Source of the DNA: Microcoleus sp.
GTDB lineage: Bacteria > Cyanobacteriota > Cyanobacteriia > Cyanobacteriales > Microcoleaceae
Direction: 5' to 3'
NCBI GenBank assembly: GCA_052279835.1
Contig: CP181291.1
Span: 2,720,001 to 2,784,000 of the forward strand
Length of the DNA stretch: 64,000 nt
In this document: piece by piece, positions 30,564-38,645 of the stretch
Layout of the letters: every line of letters begins with the position of its first letter
How positions within the stretch are numbered: position 1 is the first letter of the stretch
Position numbers and translations under genes: made by a program
The notes under the pieces: generated by a model
What the model was told of the DNA's origin: nothing
The model's database searches: none
Seen by the model: the letters and a program-made list of their open reading frames with translations, nothing else

Positions 30564-32141
30564 TTAAGTATGATTGGAAGCTGTTCTCGCCCCTATTTCC
30601 GCAGCCCAGCGCTTCAAATCTTCGATTTGCGATCGCGCGATGGTAGCTAGAGGTACTGTCTCCTCGATCGACTTCAACATATCCTCAGTCGTCAAATCTC
30701 GCCGCTGGCCGTTGACAAAAGTCCCAAAAGCCCGGTACAATCCATCGATTACAACTTGCTCAATTTCTGCACCACTAAAATTCTCAGTCCGCTTAGCCAA
30801 AATCCCCAAATCAAACTCTCGCCAAATAGTCGATCGCAACCGCTGTAAATGGACTTGAAAAATATCTTGCCGCTCCAATTCTGAAGGCAAATGCAAACAG
30901 AAAATCTCGTCAAACCTGCCCTTTCTCAGCAACTGGGCGGGCAAAATCCGCACATTATTTGCAGTTGCGACAATAAACACCGGACTGGTTTTTTCCTGCA
31001 TCCAAGTAATCAAACTACCCAATACCAGACGCGATGTTACCGAATCGCCATCGCCGCTAACAATATTGCCGAAAGCATTATCTATTTCATCGATCCACAA
31101 AACGCAAGGGGCGATCGCCTCTACCAATTCTATCATCTGTCTGACCCGACTTTCGCTATCCCCGACCCTGCCACCAAACAATCTCCCAGTATCCAACCGC
31201 AACAGTGGCAAACGCCATTCCGAGGCGATTGTTTTGGCTGATAAAGATTTGCCAGTACCTTGAATTCCCACTAACAAAACGCCCTTGGGATTTGGTATAC
31301 CATAGCTGCGCGCTTCCTCAGTAAAAGCATCATGCCGCATCTTTACCCACTGCTTCAAATTTTCCAATCCGCCCACATTTTTGAGAGATTCTCTGGAATT
31401 GACAAACTCCAAAATTCCCGTTTGGCGAATGGCTTGCTGTTTCTCTTCTAAAACTCGATCAATATCTGACTCATTAATCTCCTGTTTGGCCGCCAACGCT
31501 TTAGTTAAAACCCGCCCAATCCGGGCGCGACTCAAACCTTGACAAGCTTTAACTAACTGTTCCCTTCCTAAACCAGTAACTTGCAACTGTTCTGGCTGAG
31601 ACACTAGGTGAGAAATTAAACGATCGATTTCCTGAACGTTGGGCAAAGGGAAATCAATTACTGTCACTTCTTCCTGCAATTCTTCTGGCAATTCCAGGGC
31701 GGGAGAAGTCAGAACAATAGTTTTTTTGCTGCGCTTCAATTCCCGCGTTAAATTGCGTAATTCTCGGACTACCGGCACATTTTTTTCGGTGTAGGGATAT
31801 TTCAAAATAGGGTGCAAGTCCCGCAACACAAATATGGTATATTCTTCTACAGCAGTTTTGCCAATGCGATCGAGCGCCGCCATCACCGAACCTTTCGCGG
31901 AACCGTTATCTTCCCAGCCCCGCACGATATCCCAGAACAACACCCGGCGCGCGGGAGTTACTTGCACCGCTACTTGAGCAATTACTGCTTCCACAGGTTC
32001 TTCTTCCGCGCCTACAATATATAGCAGCGAATAGTGGGCACGAATCATCAAATCTAGTCGTTTTACCAGTGCCTCGAAAGGGTTGTGGCGATCGCCCTTA
32101 ATGGCATCACCTGCTTTTAGTTGGAGGTAATTTTCTGTCAT
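30564..32141 (-). CDS. Ycf46-family AAA+ ATPase
   Basis: VGGLENLK, GIQGTGKS, LWIDEID, ATAN, RKGRFDE, FSGAEIEQ. Confidence 0.92.
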   Translation of the reverse strand: MTENYLQLKAGDAIKGDRHNPFEALVKRLDLMIRAHYSLLYIVGAEEEPVEAVIAQVAVQVTPARRVLFWDIVRGWEDNGSAKGSVMAALDRIGKTAVEEYTIFVLRDLHPILKYPYTEKNVPVVRELRNLTRELKRSKKTIVLTSPALELPEELQEEVTVIDFPLPNVQEIDRLISHLVSQPEQLQVTGLGREQLVKACQGLSRARIGRVLTKALAAKQEINESDIDRVLEEKQQAIRQTGILEFVNSRESLKNVGGLENLKQWVKMRHDAFTEEARSYGIPNPKGVLLVGIQGTGKSLSAKTIASEWRLPLLRLDTGRLFGGRVGDSESRVRQMIELVEAIAPCVLWIDEIDNAFGNIVSGDGDSVTSRLVLGSLITWMQEKTSPVFIVATANNVRILPAQLLRKGRFDEIFCLHLPSELERQDIFQVHLQRLRSTIWREFDLGILAKRTENFSGAEIEQVVIDGLYRAFGTFVNGQRRDLTTEDMLKSIEETVPLATIARSQIEDLKRWAAEIGARTASNHT

Positions 32142-32181
32142 TTTATTTAAGATCTTAAAGTGTTAGAGTGAGATTAAAAAT

Positions 32182-32251
32182 AAGGTTCGTAGTCGAGATT
32201 TTAGTCATGATAAAATTTTGAAAAAGGACTAAAATCTGGACTAGGAACCTT
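32182..32251. repeat. REP-like long hairpin
   Basis: AAGGTTCGTAGTCGAGATTTTAGTC..GACTAAAATCTGGACTAGGAACCTT imperfect inverted repeat. Confidence 0.55.
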
Positions 32252-32280
32252 GAAATTATAACAGAAGAGGAGACTATTGG

Positions 32281-32565
32281 CTATGGGGCAACTTTTCGAG
32301 CTTGTTTCAGCATTTCAATCAGAGTGTGGTGAGCATCTTCAGCATCTTTCAAAGTGCGATCGAAATTTACTCTGACTGGGAAAGTTTCGCCATTGACTTG
32401 AGCCGTTAAATCCATGCCAGTTGCATCAATCGCCAGCATCTGAGCTTCGGTTGCATCCGGTTTGTTGCCAAATGCTTGAGCATAAATCACTACAGCACTA
32501 GCATGATCTTCGTTCATGTGGTTGCAGATGCGATCGCTAATCTCAGTAGAAAACGGTTCTGACAT
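32281..32565 (-). CDS. DUF2470 domain protein
   Basis: RICNHMNEDH, IDATGMDL; start at MSEP preferred over 32586. Confidence 0.88.
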   Translation of the reverse strand: MSEPFSTEISDRICNHMNEDHASAVVIYAQAFGNKPDATEAQMLAIDATGMDLTAQVNGETFPVRVNFDRTLKDAEDAHHTLIEMLKQARKVAP

Positions 32566-32664
32566 GGGGAAATTCCTCCGATCCAATATAGATAGATTGT
32601 ACTGCGAATCGTGGTTGACAAATCACTTCACAATTTGCTAAGTTAACATCAATAGGATGCTCCC

Positions 32665-33081
32665 ATGAAAAACTGTAGCGTTTATATCGAACTACTCAAA
32701 ACATTTCCTCCCCGCCCCATAACTATTGAAGAAGAATTAATTGCAACTCAAAAAGCGATCGACTCTCGGTTGGATAAAGGCGAACTGACTCCAGACGAAC
32801 GCGATTACCTCCATGTACTAGGAACCCTGGTTTATGAGTACGAGCAAACTTTAGAACCCATACCTGATATTTACGGCATAGAACTATTAAATGCTTTAAT
32901 CAAAGACTTTGACATCCGACAAAAAGACCTAGTTCCTATTTTCAAAACAGAGTCTATTGTCTCAGAGATACTTCGTGAAAAGCGCCAACTTACAACCGAA
33001 CATATCCAAAAACTTGCAGATTTTTTCAGCGTCTCGCCCGCTGTTTTCTTTCCGCTGCATCCAGTTAAAATAACTGCTTAA
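32665..33081 (+). CDS. HigA-like XRE antitoxin (orphan)
   Basis: PPRPI..LGTLVYEYE; HTH QKDLVPIFKTESIVSEIL..KRQLT..LADFF; no higB upstream. Confidence 0.85.
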   Translation: MKNCSVYIELLKTFPPRPITIEEELIATQKAIDSRLDKGELTPDERDYLHVLGTLVYEYEQTLEPIPDIYGIELLNALIKDFDIRQKDLVPIFKTESIVSEILREKRQLTTEHIQKLADFFSVSPAVFFPLHPVKITA

Positions 33082-33278
33082 ATTTAGAACCATATTTTGG
33101 TTGGTAATCAGGACTTTAGTCCAGAAACCTGGTTTTTACGATAAAACGCATTGTCACCGAGAGATTCTCTCAAATGAATCGGAGTGTGTAAATCCTGAGA
33201 ATGCTTCGTGTTCATTGCTTTTTAAAGGCGAGACAGTTTATCATAATGAGCAATTAGAGAGAATTTAAACAACCTGCC

Positions 33279-34604
33279 ATGCTGTGGACGCCCGGACAAA
33301 TCCTCAAAACTCGCCCTTTCCGCATCGACACCATCCTCGGAATGGGGGGATTTGGCATGACTTACAAGGCCACACACTTGCAACTTAACTATCAAGTTGT
33401 CCTCAAAACGCCGAATCTGAGTTTGCAAAATGACCCGGAATATCCCAACTTTGTCCGCAGATTTATCCGCGAAGGGCAAATCTTAGCCAAATTTTGCCAA
33501 AACGCGCATCCTGGAATTGTCCGCATTAGCGATTTGTTTGAGGAAAGAGGCCTTCACTGTTTGGTAATGGATTTAATCGTCGGGGAAAGTTTATATAATA
33601 CAGTACGGCAACAGGGCAGACTCCCGGATACAGAAGCAGTGGCAATTATCCGCCAAATTGGTGCAGCATTAAGTGATGTTCACCAAGCAGGAATTGTCCA
33701 TCGAGATGCCCATCCAGGTAATATTATGTTGCGTCCTAACGGGCAAGCAGTGTTAATTGATTTTGGGCTGGCAAATGAATTAATGCCGACTGTTATTAGC
33801 AGCAGACATCCTCACAACCCTGCTTTTGCTCCTTGGGAACAGCATATTGAAGGTAGTGGTAAACCAACGGTTGATATTTATGCTTTGGCTGCTTCTTTGT
33901 ATTATGCAGTAACAGGAAAAACGCCAACAGCTTCCCTCAATCGGCAGTTTAGAAATGAATCGTTGCCACCTGCGAAAGATTTTGGAGTGAAGGATTGGGT
34001 GAGTTTAGCAATAGAAAAAGGGATGGCATCCGATCCGCAAAAGCGGCCGCAGTCGATGAAAGATTGGTTGAGTTATCTGCGGGAACCGATTCCGTCAACG
34101 GTTGTCGGTGTTTCGGTACAGCTTAAATCAGCGCGGGGTGTTGACTATACTCGCCTGCGGGATTTATTGGCGGCGGGGAAGTGGAAAGAGGCGGATGGGG
34201 AAACACTCAAGGTGATGCTGAAAGCTGTTAGAAGGGAGAAGGAAGGTTGGTTCAATAGGGAATCAATTGATAATTTTCCTTGCGATGATTTGCGGACGAT
34301 CGACCAATTGTGGGTAAAATACAGTCAGGGTCGTTTTGGCTTTAGCGTCCAGAAAAAAATTTGGTTGGAAGTTGGTGGTAAAGTTGATTATGAGACTGAA
34401 TGCAAGCTGGGCGATCGTGTCGGTTGGAGAAAAGGAGGAAGTTGGTTGAACAACAGTGACCTAACCTTTAATAAACAAGCACCAGTGGGCCACCTCCCTG
34501 CGGGGAGGATGATTGTTGATGATGGTGGGTTAGCTGATTTTTTGTGGGAGTGGAGGTTCTGGTTCTCTTCTCTCGCATCAAGAGCTGTAAGCTGTAGTCT
34601 ATAG
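33279..34604 (+). CDS. Ser/Thr protein kinase with C-terminal GUN4-like domain
   Basis: GMGGFG, VVLK, HRDAHPGN, IDFG; DYTRLRDLLAAGKWKEAD, IDQLWVKYSQGRFGFSVQ, GHLP. Confidence 0.93.
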   Translation: MLWTPGQILKTRPFRIDTILGMGGFGMTYKATHLQLNYQVVLKTPNLSLQNDPEYPNFVRRFIREGQILAKFCQNAHPGIVRISDLFEERGLHCLVMDLIVGESLYNTVRQQGRLPDTEAVAIIRQIGAALSDVHQAGIVHRDAHPGNIMLRPNGQAVLIDFGLANELMPTVISSRHPHNPAFAPWEQHIEGSGKPTVDIYALAASLYYAVTGKTPTASLNRQFRNESLPPAKDFGVKDWVSLAIEKGMASDPQKRPQSMKDWLSYLREPIPSTVVGVSVQLKSARGVDYTRLRDLLAAGKWKEADGETLKVMLKAVRREKEGWFNRESIDNFPCDDLRTIDQLWVKYSQGRFGFSVQKKIWLEVGGKVDYETECKLGDRVGWRKGGSWLNNSDLTFNKQAPVGHLPAGRMIVDDGGLADFLWEWRFWFSSLASRAVSCSL

Positions 34605-34762
34605 CGATTCCAGCCCCTTGTCAAGTCTTTTTTTAAGAACCTTTTTCTAGGAAGTTATCGGCTTTTGGTCATTTTTACCTGCTACGCGGGGTTTACTCTT
34701 CAAAAAACAAACTCGCAAAATTCGGGTCATAGCAATTGGCCAACACAAACTGTTTGGGGTTC

Positions 34763-34826
34763 AGAAACCGGGTTTTTTACGAAATATTTGGTTGTAGCCC
34801 GCAGATTCGGTAAAAACCCGGTTTCT
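34763..34826. repeat. 64-bp inverted-repeat element, family C
   Basis: AGAAACCGGGTTTTT..AAAAACCCGGTTTCT. Confidence 0.7.
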
Positions 34827-35163
34827 TTGGTCATGTGCGTAAGTCCTAATCTACTCTAAATTCGAGACTGGATCATGCGTTATGCCATTGTCATTGAAAA
34901 AACACCCAATAACTATTCAGCTTATGCGCCAGATTTACCCGGATGTGCAGCCACAGGCGCTACCCTTGCGGAAGTACAGCAGCAAATTAAAGAAGCGATC
35001 GAATTTCACTTAGAAGGATTGCGAGAAGAGGGTTTACCCATTCCCGAACCAACTATAGCCTTTCTCAGGTAGATGAGATACAATGTAACTGACAAGAACA
35101 GAGTGGAAAATATTTAGTTCAAAAAGATCGCACAGCTCTAATTCAATCTTGTGATTGAAGCCC

Positions 35164-35301
35164 CGATCGGGTCACAGCAGTCGATCGGGTCACAGCAGTC
35201 GATCGGGTCACAGCAGTCGATCGCCAAAAGCAGTCGATCGCCAAAAGCAGTCGATCGGGTCACAGCAGTCGATCGCCAAAAGCAGTCGATCGGGTCACAG
35301 C
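35164..35301 (+). repeat. mosaic 18/17-bp tandem repeat inside the IS630 left end
   Basis: A=CGATCGGGTCACAGCAGT, B=CGATCGCCAAAAGCAGT in order A-A-A-B-B-A-B-A(partial). Confidence 0.9.
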
Positions 35302-35339
35302 TATTCCCTGATTGTAAAAAGCATCACACCTTACTAAAA

Positions 35340-36296
35340 ATGAAATCTTATTCTATTGACTTTCGACAAAAAATAATTAATGTTTACCATAGTGAGCCCA
35401 TCTCACAAAGACAAATAGCCAAGCGGTTTTGTGTGGCGACTAGCTTCGTTCAAAAATTGCTTAAACAGTATCGCCAAACCCAAAGTATTGCCCCTCAAAC
35501 TCATCGATGCGGGGGCCTACTTAAACTCAAACCTGAACAACTGGTTATTTTAGCGGAATTAATTGAAAAAAATAACGATGCCACCCTCGAAGAACTCTGT
35601 CATTTACTCGAGCAAAAAATCGGCGTAAATATCAGTAGGGCTACAATGGGAAGAATGGCACAACGGTTGAACATAACTTACAAAAAAAAAACTCTCTTCC
35701 CCTCAGCTAAAGGCAGTGACAGAGTTCAAAACCTTCGATATGAGTTCTGGCAGCAAATCCGAAATCTGAATATGAATAATTTAATATTTATTGATGAGTC
35801 GGGGGTTAATCTAGCTATGGTTAGATTATATGCCCGGTCGTTAAAAGGCTCAAGAGCCCTTGGGCCTAAACCAAATAGACGTGGCAAAAATGTCTCGATA
35901 TTGGGAGCAATATCTGTCAAAAAACTGCTGACATCAGTGAATTTATTAGGCTCAATAGATGGGATTACTTTTGAGGCTTTTATCATCAGAAAACTTGTGC
36001 CAAAACTCTGGAAAGGTGCTTGTGTATTGATGGACAACTATAGTATTCACAAAGGGGAAGAAATAGAAAAAGCCATTAAGAAAGCGGGAGCAAAGTTAAT
36101 ATTTTTACCCCCGTATTCTCCCGACTTTTCGCCAATTGAAAATGTATGGTCAAAGCTGAAGTATCTTCTCCGTACTTTTGGTGCGAGAACCTATCAAGCA
36201 TTAGACTCGGCGATAGTAAGCGCATTTGAGCAAATTGATGAGCAAGACCTGTGGAATTGGTTTACTCACTGCTGTTATTGCACCTCATCTATCTGA
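35340..36296 (+). CDS. IS630 transposase
   Basis: MKSYSIDFRQK HTH; DDE motifs FIDESG, MDNYSIH, PYSPDFSPIE; reads through the A10 run in frame. Confidence 0.93.
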   Translation: MKSYSIDFRQKIINVYHSEPISQRQIAKRFCVATSFVQKLLKQYRQTQSIAPQTHRCGGLLKLKPEQLVILAELIEKNNDATLEELCHLLEQKIGVNISRATMGRMAQRLNITYKKKTLFPSAKGSDRVQNLRYEFWQQIRNLNMNNLIFIDESGVNLAMVRLYARSLKGSRALGPKPNRRGKNVSILGAISVKKLLTSVNLLGSIDGITFEAFIIRKLVPKLWKGACVLMDNYSIHKGEEIEKAIKKAGAKLIFLPPYSPDFSPIENVWSKLKYLLRTFGARTYQALDSAIVSAFEQIDEQDLWNWFTHCCYCTSSI

Positions 36297-36380
36297 GAAA
36301 GGCTATACTCTCTGTGAGTATGTAGAAGCATGGTAGTAGGGCAAAATATGTCATAAATTAAATCTGCAAAATTCAAGGAT

Positions 36381-36477
36381 AATAAATTTATGCTATACTT
36401 AACATCTAATTTTTAACCCCAGATTCACCTATGCCAACTTTAACCGATGTTGGCACTTTGATTACCCGCGAGCCGCA
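36381..36477 (+). repeat. 97-bp imperfect direct repeat of the DUF433 upstream region and first codons (partner 37848-37944)
   Basis: colinear at constant offset 1467; truncated MPTLTDVGTLITREP. Confidence 0.85.
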
Positions 36478-36480
36478 AAG

Positions 36481-36882
36481 TTAGGGAAATAAACCTAAAC
36501 GAATCCATAATTGTCGCGCTATTAACTGTGGTTGAGAATTCATTCCCAAAGCTGTAACTGTTACTCTACCTACTGGTGTCATTCCTGCGATCGCACCTGA
36601 CTCAGCTTGCACTTGAAAATTCTATTCCCACCTATTTTCTCTTGGGTGAAACAGCGAAACTTCTGTATTATATGTAGTATCAATTCCGCTTGTATTAGTT
36701 CCTTTCCGCAGATTGCAAGAGCGACAAGCTAATGCTAAGTTTGAAATCTCATTATTACCGCCTCGATAAAGTGGAACAATATGTTCAATCTCAAAAGGAA
36801 AGTTAAATACGATTTCAGGTGCGCGGCAATATTCGCAACGATGAGCAGCACGATCTGCTACTAAATTGTAGTTAGGATTCAT
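36481..36882 (-). pseudogene. HNH endonuclease with premature stop
   Basis: RCEYC, EIEHIVP, NLALACRSCN; TAG at 36622-36624, same frame continues GMTPVGRVTV..WIRLGLFP*. Confidence 0.85.
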
Positions 36883-37239
36883 CAGATCGATTGTTGTACG
36901 AGAACTTCTGTCCGAATAGTAGCAGCTTGAAGTTCAGTTTCGACAAGACTTTCTAATTCCGCTTGTTGTTGGGGAGAAAGAGTTTGTCCTCGATCGCGCG
37001 CTGTACGCCACAAATTCATTAATTCTGATATTTTTTTTTTGCTGTATAGTAAATAATTCATCAGGATTAAACCTTTGAATGACTATTAATGCGCTGAAGT
37101 CCGTTTCGCCTAACAAAGCAGTCAAAGCATCTAAAGCTTGACCCGCAGTTTGACCGACAGATTGCCGATCGCCCGCAATAGCGCGATAGGATTTCTCACC
37201 GTTGGTATTAAGTACAGGCAGGATAGCTACCGTAGTCAT
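36882..37239 (-). pseudogene. HNH-associated antitoxin-like protein, frameshifted at A10
   Basis: removing one base from the run at 37031-37040 gives ISELMNLWR..AELESLVETEL..* with TGATG coupling to the HNH start. Confidence 0.7.
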
Positions 37240-37297
37240 ATCTGAGTGAAAGTTAGTTACTAATTTAGTATAACCTGATTCCCTACAATTATAGCTA

Positions 37298-37421
37298 TAG
37301 CAATCCTAAATGATTCAGGTAAATTTGTAGGGGTAGTGCCCCCGTGCCTACCCCCTATCTATCGGGCAACCACGGGGCCAAGAGCCCCTACAAGAATTAT
37401 GCAAATGATTTAGGATTGCTA
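37298..37421. mobile_element. TA-flanked MITE enclosing a REP-like GTAG..CTAC doublet
   Basis: TIR TAGCAATCCTAAATGATT / AATGATTTAGGATTGCTA; TA on both sides; related terminus also at ~18951. Confidence 0.75.
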
Positions 37422-37558
37422 TAAGTTTATCGCTCGTAGATCGATCGCCCGCTCTCAAGGATTTGCAATTGCAGTTAAAAACGCCTAAAATTAGTTAGAT
37501 AGATCCTAGTGAAATCCATTTTTTTTACGTTCATCATCACCAGGATTAAAAGACACTA

Positions 37559-37777
37559 TTACATCTCCTCATTTTCAGGAAAAATGGTGGCCGCGTACTG
37601 TAAAGAAAATGCCGTCACATCGAGTTTATCTTCTTCATTCCAAGTCTCGCTTTCATCGACTACCGACAGATTTTGCTGTACCAAATCGTTGAGAATAAGA
37701 GTTGCCAAGTGCAGTCTATCCTTTGGTGAAAGGGTAGACAGAACGCGAGCGTAAACTTCTCGAACAGTAGTTAACAT
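37559..37777 (-). CDS. small antitoxin-like protein followed by a truncated toxin stub
   Basis: LSPKDRLHLATLILNDL..WNEED motif; next GTG reads MSFNPGD (PemK/MazF-like start) then degenerates. Confidence 0.55.
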   Translation of the reverse strand: MLTTVREVYARVLSTLSPKDRLHLATLILNDLVQQNLSVVDESETWNEEDKLDVTAFSLQYAATIFPENEEM

Positions 37778-37897
37778 AGCAAATCCTCCTGCTTCTGATC
37801 TTATGGAAAACTTAGGACAGGTTGATTTGATTATAGCTCAAAAATTTAATAAATTTATGCTATACTTAAGTTATAATTTTTAACCCCAGATTCACTT

Positions 37898-38197
37898 ATG
37901 CCAACTTTAACTGATATTGGCACTTTGATTATCCGCGATCCGCACCTTCGCGGTGGCATCGCTATTATTGCAGGTACTGCCACATCGGTACAGCGAATCG
38001 TAGTCTTATACAAACAAGGTAATAGTGCTGAGGAAATAGCAGCCGATTTGGATCATCTCACCTTAGCGCAGGTTTATGCTGCACTGACTTATTATCACGC
38101 AAATCGAGCAGAAATAGAAGCAGATTTAGTGGCTGAACAAGCAGAATATGAACGTTTGGCAGCATTAAATCAGCTAAAAATGCAGGAGAAAGCATGA
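37898..38197 (+). CDS. DUF433 antitoxin
   Basis: DPHLRGG..IAGT..LTLAQVYAALTYY. Confidence 0.9.
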   Translation: MPTLTDIGTLIIRDPHLRGGIAIIAGTATSVQRIVVLYKQGNSAEEIAADLDHLTLAQVYAALTYYHANRAEIEADLVAEQAEYERLAALNQLKMQEKA

Positions 38198-38559
38198 GCC
38201 AAATTCGTCTTTACTTAGATGAAGATTCACGAAGTAAAAAACTATTGCAAGCTTTACAAAGTCGTGGTGTAGATGTCATTACAGTTGCCGAAACAGGGAT
38301 GTTATCTCGCAGCGATGAAGAGCAATTAATTTGGGCTTTTACCAATCAAAGGGTAATTTATAGTTTCAACATTAGGGATTTTTATAGAATCCATACCAAT
38401 TGGCTAGAAAGAGGAGATTCTCATACAGGAATTATTTTAGGACAGCAAAATTATTCAGTGGGAGAACAAATGCGTCGCCTTTTGAGTCTAATTTCTGCCA
38501 AATCAGCAACAGAAATGCAAAATCAAATAGAGTTTATCAGTGCTTGGAGTGAAGAGTAA
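38194..38559 (+). CDS. DUF5615 PIN-like toxin
   Basis: LYLDED, SDEEQL, SFNIRDF, HTGII; ATGA overlap with the DUF433 gene. Confidence 0.88.
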   Translation: MSQIRLYLDEDSRSKKLLQALQSRGVDVITVAETGMLSRSDEEQLIWAFTNQRVIYSFNIRDFYRIHTNWLERGDSHTGIILGQQNYSVGEQMRRLLSLISAKSATEMQNQIEFISAWSEE

Positions 38560-38582
38560 AGATATTATCAATCGAGATAATT

Positions 38583-38617
38583 AGATACCCTGATTTCTTA
38601 AATAAGTCAGGGTATCT
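38583..38617. terminator. hairpin between convergent genes
   Basis: AGATACCCTGA..TCAGGGTATCT 11-bp stem. Confidence 0.5.
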
Positions 38618-38645
38618 GAGTATTCTATCCTACAAAATGTACAGT

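Larger units (their letters stand above)
35056..36305 (+). mobile_element. IS630-family insertion sequence
   Basis: TIR TAGCCTTTCTCAGGTAGATGAG vs reverse complement TAGCCTTTCTCAGATAGATGAG; TA duplication at 35054-35055 and 36306-36307. Confidence 0.95.
34875..36336 (+). pseudogene. hicB: HicB antitoxin interrupted by IS630
   Basis: YSAYAPDLPGCAATG..EAIEFHLEGL; removing the IS and one TA restores ...PIPEPTTLCEYVEAW* (stop 36334-36336). Confidence 0.88.

Noticed and set aside
35164..35301. possible CRISPR mini-array
   Set aside because: Units are 17-18 bp with only two recurring variants, no unique spacers and no cas genes; it is a minisatellite
35151..35339. N-terminal extension of the IS630 transposase (IGSQQS repeats)
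   Set aside because: Translation of the minisatellite; the family-typical start is MKSYSIDFR at 35340
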